Assembly: GCA_905178155.1 (NCBI GenBank)
Contig: CAJINV010000012.1
Coordinates: 3,405,144-3,469,143, forward strand
DNA from: Amoebophrya sp. A120
Lineage: Eukaryota > Protista > Dinoflagellata
DNA length: 64,000 nt
Reading direction: 5' to 3'
Position numbers and translations under genes: made by a program. The number at the start of each line of letters is the position of its first letter. Within the stretch, counting starts at the first letter, position 1. This document shows, piece after piece, positions 36,700-47,400 of this stretch. The notes below the pieces were generated by a model. The model searched no databases. It was not told the origin of the DNA and saw only the letters and a list, made by a program, of their open reading frames with translations.

Positions 36700-38350
36700 G
36701 CGGTGTCCTCTTCGATAAAACCGCGCACACTCGTCCAGGCCCTGCACGGTTCTGCCGGACTCTCGTGTTACGCAGAGCATTCGGACACAGGGCCCCACGT
36801 CTGTGCCGGCTTTTCATTTTTCGCGCTTTTGGAAATTGCAGGAGCAGTGGTCCGGGAAGATTGAGAACAGCACCCACCCCAGGCAGGCGCGTGCTCCGCT
36901 GCGCGCGTGCGTTGTTTCTGAGCCCGACGCGGCAACCTGGCGCCAGGGCGCCGCCCGAGCTTGGCCCGCGCGCTGTGCGAAAAGCCAGGGACCCCGTAAA
37001 GGCGCGCAGCCCAGCCCCTGCGCCCAGGGCATACCGCGGGGGTGCACATGGCTGCGGATTTCAGGGCGCAGAAGCCCCCAGGGGCGAAGATGGGAAACGG
37101 GTGGAAGGCCACCCCGCCCCGCCTGCAATAGCGCCCGCCGATGAGTAGTTTTCGAATTTACAAAAACGAGGCCGATTTGGACGGGACGGAGAGGAAACTA
37201 TAGAAGCCGGAAGCGGCCGGGGGCCGCCCAGGAGCTGGCGAAAACAAGGGCAGGGCGCCGGGCGGGCGGGCGTTTCTTTGTCGCAGGGCGCCCGGAGGTT
37301 TTTGGCGCCCGGCGGGCCCGCTACCTGCAGCAATGGCGGCGGCAGGCATCGGGCGCAGCAGCCCGGGCGCTTTGGCGGGCCGCTCGTGTTTTGCGAGGGA
37401 GGTCGCCGGCGCCGATGCCGCCCCGCCGCCCGCGGGCGTGCGGGAGTTGGATGGCCGCCCCGCAAGAAGACGAAGGGGGCAGGGGGCGCGCGAGATTTAT
37501 CGCCGCCGGATCAGTCGCCGCCGCGAGCCCCATCGACCAACGAACATGGCTGGGTGGCGCATTGGATCGCGAAAAGCTGGCGCGCTTTCCGCAAAGTAAT
37601 GCAGCCGGCGCAACTGCCGCGCCTGTTCGGCAGCTGGTGCGCCGCCGGCCTTGGTTCGGTGCGCGCGCGCCGCGCCGGCAGGGTTTAGCGGGGTGGCTGA
37701 GTCGATGGCGCCGGCGGAAGAGGTGGCTTGGGGGGAAAGCAAGGTGGACGGCGGAGATCCTACCGCCGGTGGGCCAACTCCTGGGCCAAGTACTTGGAGC
37801 CCGCCGGCACCCGAGACGATCCTATCGCGCTGGTTTCTTCCGACGGGGCTCGGCGGCTGCAACAGTCCCCCCCCCCGCCGGGGGCGGTCGTCCGGGCGCG
37901 CGGCACGAGGGCCCTGGGCGCACAATGCCCGCACTAGGCTTGGCGCCCGCGCCTTGGCCCTACCCGGGCGAGGCCGCGCGCCCGTGGCCCCGCCCCTTTG
38001 GCCCGGCCCGCCAGTTCAGTGCGCCCCGCGGCGCTTGCTTCCTTGGCGCGGCTCGAGCCAGACATAGCCGCCCCGGCCCGCTTGACGCCGCCGGCTTGCT
38101 CCCTTTCCTTTGTTGTTTCGTGCGTGGCGGGGCGATTTTGCGTCTGCTGCCGTTGGTGCGCGGCCCTCCGTGTTAGCCGGCTGGCCCGCCCGCGCGCACG
38201 GGCCCTCGCCCTACTAGGGCTGCGCCCAGCGCGCCTCCCGCGATTCACCGGGCGCCCACCTGATGCGCCCTTTTACTTTAATTATTTTTCAATCGCGGTG
38301 GAAGGCGAAGGGGAAGGCGCCCGCCAGTCGCTGGCGCTGCGTGCCCGTTT
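36700..38350. other. Very GC-rich non-coding intergenic block
   Basis: Same signature; upstream of the scramblase gene. Confidence 0.6.
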
Positions 38351-38840
38351 TTGATTGTCGTATTGGCCTGAAGATCTCATGGCGGTTCGGCCCCTAGGTT
38401 CTGTTCGCACCTGTGATGCCTGCGCCTACGTGTTTCATTCAAAGTTCAAACGCATGGGCGCAGGCACAAGCGGTTTGGTCGGTCCTCTTAAATGTTGTAG
38501 CTGCCAGAGTGGAGTTCGAACAGAACACGTGTCTACTTCGAGGGTGGCATGTATTTCGGCAATGAGTCAGTCTCAGCGTGTGACTCGCTCCGGTGTCTCG
38601 AGCGATCAGTGTTTCATCTCTTCCCGAGAGATAATGGCGCAGCTGCGTTTGTTTTGTAGAGAGTCAGAAGTTATTTGAGTTCTTCCACAAAAAAGATCAA
38701 GATGTGAGTGCCCCCTACTGCGCATAATTCTGCTGGCCACCCGCGACGCGCTGGAAGTAGAAACGCCGCAGCTCTTCATTATTGCTCATTGCGATTCCAT
38801 TTCGAACAGCGGAAACATATCTTACTTAAATAGTTTAAGC

Positions 38841-41800
38841 ATGATGCAGCCGCAACAGCAGCAGGTGAACCAGTTCGGGCGGCCACTCCCGTATGCAATG
38901 TAAATTTCCTGTACATGATGTACAAAATGCATGACAAATTTCGCTAACTTGCAGTGTCCAACTTGTCATGCTAGACTAGGATTGAAAGCAAGTTTTGTCA
39001 TGCAGTCGTGACTGCATTTGTTTTTGTACGTGTACGGGAAGTTTACTGTGGATATCCCGAACCAGGAGTACATGAACACGCAGCCGATGGACCCCCCGTA
39101 TGGCGTTCTCAGCCGTTACATTCTCAGCTGTTGCATGAATTTGTAATGCACGAGCGGCAATAATATGGAAAGGGACAAGCTTCAGCTTGCGAGTCTCGCA
39201 TCACAAATTTGCAACAGAGTTAGATGCTTTTTAGCCCTTCGAGAATTTGTCATGCGAAGCACCATCTTCTGGCGACTTATGGGGACTTTGCATGACAAAT
39301 CATGTAACAGTTGAGAATCGAACAGTTGAGAACGCCATACCCCGATCCAGGTGCGCATGCCGCCGCAGATCGGCGACTCGGTCCAGAAAGTGCTGGGCCC
39401 GCGCGAGGGTGTGTTGATCAAGCAGACGCTGAAGGGGTGCTGCTGCGATCTCCTGAACGAGTTCTCCATTCACGAGTTTGAGCATGCCGACGCGGAAAAC
39501 GCCGGATATGGCGTTCTCAACTGTTACATTCTCAACTGTTACATGAATTTGTAATGCAAAACAAACATCAACACTCACAAGATGAAGCTATTTCGCATGA
39601 CAAATTTTGGAAAGGCTAAACAGCACCTAAATCTGTGCGGGATTTGTAATGCTACAGGTGCAACCTACCTGCTTTGACAACTTTTGCCATTCTTGCATCA
39701 CAAATCCGTGTAACAGTTGAGAATGTAACAGTTGAGAATGCCATACCGGACCGGAGATCATGTTCGCCAAAGAGTCCGCCGGCTGCTTCATCCGCTGCCT
39801 ATCCCACTTCGCTCCGGGGTTTCGGGAGACCAGCTACGACCAGTGGTGCGGCGCGTACAGCGAGAAAACGGAGTCCGAGCGTCCGAAGCAGCCGGAGGTG
39901 TTTTTGAAACACGAAAAGAAGTGCACCAACGGCGTTTCCTGTTTGGTCATGGAGGGGGACGGCGGGCCGCTGCGGGTGCCGTGCTGTTGCATGTTGCCGT
40001 ACTTGGAAACGAAGGATGTAAACGGTGTGGTGTTGGGGAAAACGCAGTACCTATCAAATGCAAAAGTGTCTGGGTCTGGAAGATTTCTAGACTTGTCATG
40101 CATATGTTCCATGACCCATGATGTCTGTGATGCATGCCGTAGCATCACATATTTTTAGAGCGCTTTGTGATACCTCTACAGCATGAGAAACGCCCTCTCC
40201 GCGTAGCACAAACTGGAGTCCTCTTGCTGGTCATGCAATACAAATTTTGGCTCAAGACTTCTTGTCTTGTGGCCCTTTTCCCACTTTAGAGACGGGGCCG
40301 CACCCCCGTGAGATCAATTCGTCCGGACTCATCGTGGAGATCAACCCCCGTGAGATCCAAGATCCTTAGAGGCACTCTGTAACAGGCATCAGGTGCGGCT
40401 GATGAACCTTTTGACTCACACTTAGATTGTAGATTGTTTCTCTAAAAGAAAATCAAAGCAAAAAAATGAGTACACACTTGCCCTCCATCCGAAGCGCGCA
40501 CGTGCGCAATGAAGCTTCGATGGTCCCAGCGGGCATAACGCCCGGCCTTACTCGTTACTTCCTTCATCTGCCCTCACCAGCCGTCCCCAATGGCGTTCGA
40601 TTGTGGTGTCCTTGATCCCCACGTAGAAGCTCTTCGCGGGTTTCTTCTTGCCGGGTGGAAGACGGTGCGCGTCGGTTTTTTTTGGCGGTCTGGGAGTTCC
40701 GTGTAGGTCTTTGTTCCTAGGGGCGCTCGTCGACGCCCTGCGGCGGAGCGGGGGATCGGGAGGACTCGACGCTACTTGTGGACGCCATCTCCGAGCTGCC
40801 GATAGTAAAGGAGTTCTGCCGCACATCTCCGCGTCACGAGGATGCCGCGCCCACTAGCGGATCGCCCTGCTGCGCTGGAGATCAGGGACTTTTAATTTAT
40901 TGTTTTTCGTTTGTCTCACACTCTCACCCACTCACATGAATACTTATGAAAAGATCATAGTACCAGACCCATATTTCCTTTTTTTCTTCGTTTGTGTTTG
41001 TCGCCCCTCCTAATCCCTTGGTCTGTGTTGTGGCAGCGGATTGTCCTCTGACCCTTACGTAGCCTCATGGTAACCCCTTTCCATATGATTGACCTCAGGT
41101 TTTGCGTGGTAGCTGCGCTGGCAGCGCGTTTGTGCGGCTCTTTACTCCTGCGAGGTGCGACGTTTTCGATGCGGCTGGGCTTTGCGGATCCAAACTGCGC
41201 GGAGGTGGTGGTGGCGATGGCGGGTTGATTACGGTGCGGGAATTCGGGTCGCCAGCCCCGGGTCTCACAGAGAACTGAACGGTGCTTACCAGCTGGATAG
41301 ACGAGTGAGGGGCGATTACTCGTAGGGGAGTTGTTTATGGCTCGCGGTCGTCTTTCTGTCGTCCTGGCGTCGTTCGTGGGGGTGTGGCGCGGGGGTGGAG
41401 CGATCCTCGACGAGCGGCGCGGTTGCGGCTTTGTCGCGTCGAGCGGAGCGGAGCGTCGCTGTGTCTCCTCGGCATCGTCTCTTCGTGGCCTGTCGTGCGT
41501 AGTCCTAGGTGGGGTCCCTATCCCGGCCACTGCAATAGGGCTTTTTGGTGGACTGCTGGAGACCCCAGTCCAGTCGCATCGCGACGTTATTTTTCAGCTG
41601 CAGGAGACCCCAGCTATCCCTTTGCTCTGCCCAAGTCCCTCGTCTTTGTCTGTTCGTCGTGTGTTGCCTGGTTTACCGCTGGAAACGATACCGTGCTTTT
41701 GGAATTCCGGTTTCGACCAGGACATGCAGCCACTCTAACGGTTTCACTCGGGTCCGACCCCCGTTAGAGCTTGACCCTTCCCCCCCGAGATCCTACCTGA

Positions 41801-43011
41801 GGTAGTGGTTGTAAAGGTGGTATAGTGGTTGAGGGGTAAGTAAGGTCATGCAATACAAATTTTTTCAGAATCCAGAGACAGCATCACAAGTTAAGAATGT
41901 TCCAGACCCAGACACTTTTGCATTTGATAGTACCTCTGCGACCGCTATTTGTTCGTGCCGAAATACGACGTGATGGGGCCGGATGGGACGAAGTGGTATA
42001 GTGTTTTTGCAGGTACAACTCACTTTCTTCATTCCATCACTGTAAAGCTTCCCCACAATTATAGCTGCAACACGAACGGCCAACAACATGCAAGATTCTG
42101 CATCAGAAGCACAAGAGCGCATCACAATCAAATTCTCCCAAGACCGCTCCAGGTACCGCATTCGCCCGGACACCTGTTGCGGTGATTGCTGTGTCAACTG
42201 TGACTGCTCCCAGGGCGGGTGTCGCGGCCGCTGCTGCGCCATTCCGTTCTACCTGCGGGACCTGCAAACCAACGAGATTCTCCCCGGGGAGCGCCCGGGC
42301 ACGCAGTATGCGCTGCAAATATGTCTGGGTCTGGAAGGATGCAGCTTGTCATGCTAAATCTGGACCATGCAAAAATTTGTGTTGCATGATTGCCAAAAGC
42401 TGTCCGCTTTTGACCAAGTTGGGAGTGAGTTTCTCACACAGGACAGGCATGACACAGATCTCACAGAATCTGTCATGTTAGGTCCCGCATTTCAGACCTC
42501 ATGGGTTATGGAAAACCTGCATGACAAGTTTACACTCTTCCAGACCCAGAAATGTTTGCATTTGATACGCAGGCCCAGATTACGAATCTGTTCTCGGGGT
42601 TGAAGGAGTGTGTGAACCGGGAGAATTACTCGGTGCGGTTTCCGGACAAAGCGACACCATATGCATTGCAAATGTGTCTGGGTCTGGAACAGTGCAACGA
42701 ACTTGTGATCCTGCATTTGGATGATAAAAAAAATCTGTATTGCGTGAGCAGCAAGAGGAGTCAAATTTGGCTACACGGATAGGGCATTTGTCATGTGGGA
42801 TGCGCATTCATAAGCGCTCAAAAAATCCGTGATGCTAGGGCATGCATAACAGACATCGTGGATCATGGAAAATGTGCATGACAAACGTGTCGGTCCTCTT
42901 CCAGACCCACACATATTTGTAGTTGATACACCACAGCAGAAGGCAACGGTGATTGGAGCGACGTTTCTGATCGAGATGCTCCACTTTGAACAGGGCGGGA
43001 CCGGGTTTTAG
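38841..43011 (+). CDS. Phospholipid scramblase family protein; exons 38841-38891, 39060-39098, 39345-39506, 39751-40051, 41935-41995, 42153-42306, 42573-42659, 42934-43011
   Basis: Pro/Gln-rich N-terminus, LIKQ...C...NEF, MFAKES.GC..RC, Cys clusters, C-terminal YSVRFP...QKATVIGATFLIEMLHFE. Six TIR introns plus one GT-AG intron (41996-42152). Confidence 0.88.
38892..39054. mobile_element. Non-canonical TIR intron, TATCCACAGTAAA family, reverse orientation
   Basis: TSD TCCCG; sequence is the reverse complement of the 24102 and 45540 copies. Confidence 0.92.
39099..39339. mobile_element. Non-canonical TIR intron, TATGGCGTTCTCA family
   Basis: TATGGCGTTCTCAG...TTGAGAACGCCATA; TSD CCCCG. Confidence 0.93.
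39507..39745. mobile_element. Non-canonical TIR intron, TATGGCGTTCTCA family
   Basis: TATGGCGTTCTCAACTGTTACATTCTCAACTGTTAC...GTAACAGTTGAGAATGTAACAGTTGAGAATGCCATA; TSD CCGGA. Confidence 0.94.
40052..41929. mobile_element. Non-canonical TIR intron, TGTCTGGGTCTGGAA family, enlarged by a nested insertion
   Basis: Perfect 30-bp TIR TATCAAATGCAAAAGTGTCTGGGTCTGGAA; TSD GTACC; joins KTQY|LCDRY. Confidence 0.93.
40249..41843 (+). mobile_element. Retroposed insertion with dinoflagellate spliced-leader relic and 20-bp TSD
   Basis: Direct repeat GGTCATGCAATACAAATTTT at 40229-40248 and 41844-41863; ATTTTGGCTCAAG at 40244-40256 equals the 3' end of the dino SL; 3' end reads GTAAGTAA. Confidence 0.8.
42307..42567. 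mobile_element. Non-canonical TIR intron, TGTCTGGGTCTGGAA family
   Basis: TSD CGCAG; TIR core; reverse-complement paralog of 57114-57378. Confidence 0.93.
42660..42928. mobile_element. Non-canonical TIR intron, TGTCTGGGTCTGGAA family
   Basis: TSD CACCA; frame restored to the scramblase C-terminus. Confidence 0.93.
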
Positions 43012-44185
43012 ATAGAAAGGACGAGAACAATGAGCGGTTACAACTTGATGGGGCAACGATAGTACTGAGCAAGCTAGTGCTAGCGCACTTCATCTATTAT
43101 TCAATTGGATAAAGTCATTAGCGCTTCGACTTTTCTTCAGCGTTTCGCTTCTTCCTTGTTGTTTCGGGATAAAGGTGTATAGTGAGATAAATCACGTTTC
43201 GATGCGAAAAGAATTTGTGAAAAAACTCACAGCGATCTCGCACAGACTTCAATCTCTGAGGCAGGTCCTATTTCTCTCATGTTTCACGAAACAGATTGGA
43301 GTAGGTTACAGTAAACAAGAATTGTATACGTAGGTAATAAAAAACAGTAATTGTAGTTGTAACAAGTCACACGACGAGGAAAGACGTGCGAAGAAAAAAA
43401 TGAAAAAAGAGATGAAAGAGCTGCTTGTTGATCGTGTGCAGTCAGATACCGAGAGCGCACCCCAAGAACGCTCACAATTTAGATTTCTAATTACAGTATA
43501 CATAGACCCCACCGCTGGGCACATCGTCATCTTCAAGTGCTGCTGCCGTAGTAACATTTTCACACAAGCACTGCTGCTGTTGCTGCTGCGCATCACGTGC
43601 TCCATCTTGTTTTCAGTCTTTCTGGTTGAGAGTTCGAGCGATTTTTGAGAGATCAAGGGGAACAAGAAGCACGACGCAAGAATGCGCGAAAGTGCACGGG
43701 GCTGCTGGCCCTTGAGTGCAAGCGCAACTTGAGAGGGTGTGCTCTGGGTTGAGAGCATATAAGTACCTATGAGAGCTCCAAAAGTGAAAATCACAATCAA
43801 AACTGCTGAGTATTGAAGTGCTTCGACCGGCAATAAAACAGGACCTCCTTATTTTCAGTCAAAAACCGGGCTTCACGATATAATCGTGCATGACGAAAGT
43901 ATGTGCTTTCCCCCACTGTAGTTTCTATACTAGTCGTACTCGTCGTAGTTCTTGCATGTTTGTCTATTGTTTTGCTTCTATTGTTCTTACTCAATTGCTG
44001 GAGTTTTTTGAAAAAATCATATGAAAACGATGCTCACAATATCGGACAAAAAAGTTTGCTTCCTCACGTACGCTATGCAGCGGCCACTGCACAGCGCTCG
44101 AACAACGGCCGCGGCTATCCGCGCCAGACACCGCCAGCCGGGACACGACAGCACTGACGGTGGACTGTAGCTTACTAGTGGAGAA

Positions 44186-44294
44186 TATCCAGGAAAAAGC
44201 ACCCATCCCCATCCATTTTTTGCATGACAAACAAAGGAGCGCATGCATGTTTTGCATGACAAATTGGATAGGGATGGGTGTTTTTTCCTGGATA
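44186..44294. mobile_element. 109-bp near-palindromic TIR element outside coding sequence (5' UTR or intergenic)
   Basis: TATCCAGGAAAAAGCACCCATCCCCATCC...GGATAGGGATGGGTGTTTTTTCCTGGATA; TSD GAGAA. Confidence 0.88.
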
Positions 44295-44405
44295 GAGAAC
44301 GACTCCGCGACGTGGTGCATTTCTTCGTACGTTCAACACGCAGAAGTACTACCGTTTATTCCGCACCTCACCCTAACCACCTCACCGCCGCCACAAAAAT
44401 AAAAA

Positions 44406-47400
44406 ATGGCGAAGCTCGAGCGCGCCATGCGGCGGCTCGGCCGTCGCGTGTGGGACACACCGATTGTGTGCGCGATGACCTGGTTCCTGTTCGGCGTGGT
44501 GATGCTGTTTTTCATGCTGTTTTCCCCCCTTTGCCTCTCCACACGACCGTGCAACATCTCGCAACTGACGGAAAAAATGGTCCTGACCTCCTACCCGGGG
44601 TCGGAAGTTCCGCACGGCACGGAAATTGAAATCTACTGCACGAACAACCAACTTGTCCCATCCCACCCGGTGCTGAAATGCGATGACAGCGTTCTGCAAC
44701 CGATCGACGCCGTGCACTGCATGACCACCGCCGCCGCGCAGGAAGCGGCGCGACAAGCCCAGAAGAAACAGGCGGAGCAGGAGAAGTCAAATTCTGCTTG
44801 CGCCATAACCCCAACGGAAGGGCGGACGTGTCCGGCGGTCGGGACGTTAAAGATACTTCTGAAGAACACGCCAAGAGACTTCTGCTACAGCTACTGGGAA
44901 GTGTATAGTAGTTCTCTCTAGCTTTTCTGCTTTTTCATGATCCTAACGCTACGTCGCTGTTCTAGAACTAGATCTCAGCGTGATCGCATTTGTAGGTATC
45001 GCACAACTACTTGTTTGACTTCTGGGATGAAGTAAATTCTTTTTCAGCACTAAGTAATTCCATTCTGAACGACGAACATGCATCAACATCATATCACAGC
45101 TGCAACGAAGTCTACCCTCTCCTCACCGGCGCGGAGCACGATCTAGTCACCAACGAGTGCTATCCACTGCAACAGTATCACACTCGTATGAATGCCAGGC
45201 TTGCCTGAGAAATCTGCTTTTGTTACCTAGATCTGCATGACAAATTTCATCTTTCCTTTTGGGAAAATTTGTCATGCAGTTTGGACTTGGAGCGATACTT
45301 TTGCAATGCATACATGCCGCATATACTGCAGTCCAGCGGATCCGTATGCGATCTGTTCGAGCTTGCGGGACGGGGAGTGCCAGTTAAACGAAAACTGCAT
45401 TTGGAATCCCAACGCGGTGCCACCGGACCCGAAGTGTGGCAGTTACGCCCCGATTCTTGTGGATGAAACGGTACCACTCGGCGGCTTCAAGTCCAAAACG
45501 GTGGAACAAATCCTCCGGGAAACGACCTGCTTCATCGCGTATCCACAGTAAATTTCCTGTACACGTACAAATGCTGTCTCTGCATGACAAAATTTGCCTT
45601 CAATCTTAGTCAGCATGACAAGTTTGACATTCCGAGTTAGCGAAGTTTGTGATGCATTTTGTACATGTACAGGAAATTTGTATTGCATATCGCGGGGCCG
45701 GAGTGCATGGAACTCAGGGGGTCTTGCCTACGCATTGCAAGTATGTCTGGGTCTGGAAACATGGAACTTGTAATGCTAGTCTTACATTCCTTTAAGTAAA
45801 TTAAAATCTGTATTGCATGACTAACAAAAAAGACGCCCTGTTTGGTCATACAAAAGCACAGTTTCTCATGCACACTGAGCATGAGAGAGCGTTCTGCATC
45901 AAACTTGTCATGCTTGGCTGCAGTGGCAAATAGAAATACTTCCGTCATCCACTGTTCAGCATCACAAGTTATTTCCAGACCCAGAAATATTTGCATTTGA
46001 AATTGCCGGGAAATCGACAACGGGGAGTACATCCGGAAGGAAACCTGCGTAAACCAGCGAACCACCTGGGATATGCATTGCAAAAATATCGTACTAGTAC
46101 AAATTGCATTTACAAATTTTCTCATTCTCAGCATGGCAAATTGGATTTGTCGTGCTGTTTTACCTCGGAAAGAAAATTTGTCATGCATGCCCGCAATTGG
46201 TACGAGTGCGATACTTTTGCAATGCATACGGTAGAAACGGGACAGCACCCGGTTTATCCACTGGGATAATGTGGAAACCGACGCGAGTAGGTCCTGCGCC
46301 ATGGGCGGAAGATGGATTTTGCAGCGAGGGACAAACTATCCTGTGCAAAAGTATCGTACTCGTAGTAATTGCAAACATGCATTACAAATTTCTTTCTCAA
46401 GTCAAATCCGCATTACAAATTTTATTTTTCATGCTGAGGAAATTTGTCATGCGATTTTTACTAGTACGATGCTTTTGCATTTCATACAAACCGGAACGGG
46501 GCGGATATGTGCCAGGTTGTGGGGAGGCAGCAGAACTGGGATCTAATCCCCACGTACGACTTAGGGAACCCCTTTGGGTTAACAGATTACAACGACGTGA
46601 CTACCCAGCAAATCAACGCAAGAGCAGCGGAGAAAAGGCTACGGTGGGACCATTTAGAGTGCAAATTTGAGGCCAACCAAAATAACGTGCCGGAGCCCTA
46701 CATTAGGTTGGTGGATTGCAGCTGCGATAGGAGGTATGTTGTAGCTTTACCTTTTAGGAAATGGACGCGAGTTTGTGATGCAAAACTGCATGGTACGGCG
46801 TAGGTTCGCGTTTTGCATCGCACCTTACTTACACAAGGCACCAACTTGCTGTCGCTAATGACTTCTACAAACACCCAATAAAAACTGTAGGTTTTGCTCC
46901 GACCGTGGTAACGCTGTCCCCAACCCAGCTTACCCCGCGACCAGCACCATCCGCTGCATATGCACCTGCGACGAGGAGCGTTACGGAGGTCCTATGCACT
47001 GCAAATTTGTCTGGGTCCTCTGGAAGAATCTGAAGTTGTGATGCGCATTTCACAACACACACTAATCTCTCATGTACAGGCAGCAAAAGATAAAGATTCC
47101 CACTCCCTGTCACCCAAGTGTGGGATTTGCCATGCGGATCAGGCATTGCGAAACCTTCTCGAAACGACCTGTGATGCCACGGCTCGCATGTCAGAGCTTC
47201 CGTGTCATGCACAAACAGCATGAAAACATCTTCCAGATGACGCAGACACATTTGCACTCCATAGGCCCGCGTTGTGAGCAACTCCGCTGCATCGCGCGAA
47301 CCGACGAGATATCCTGTGCAAAAGTATCGCACTCGTAGTAATTGCAATCATGCAATACAATTTTTTTTCTAAAGGTAAATCCGCACTACAGACTTTATTT

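Noticed and set aside
40395-40450. CTGATGA as a hammerhead ribozyme core
   Set aside because: No stem II followed by GAAA in the required geometry.
40955-41738. ORFs inside the 1.6-kb insertion as transposase or reverse transcriptase
   Set aside because: No DDE, YxDD or endonuclease motifs; composition is uninformative.
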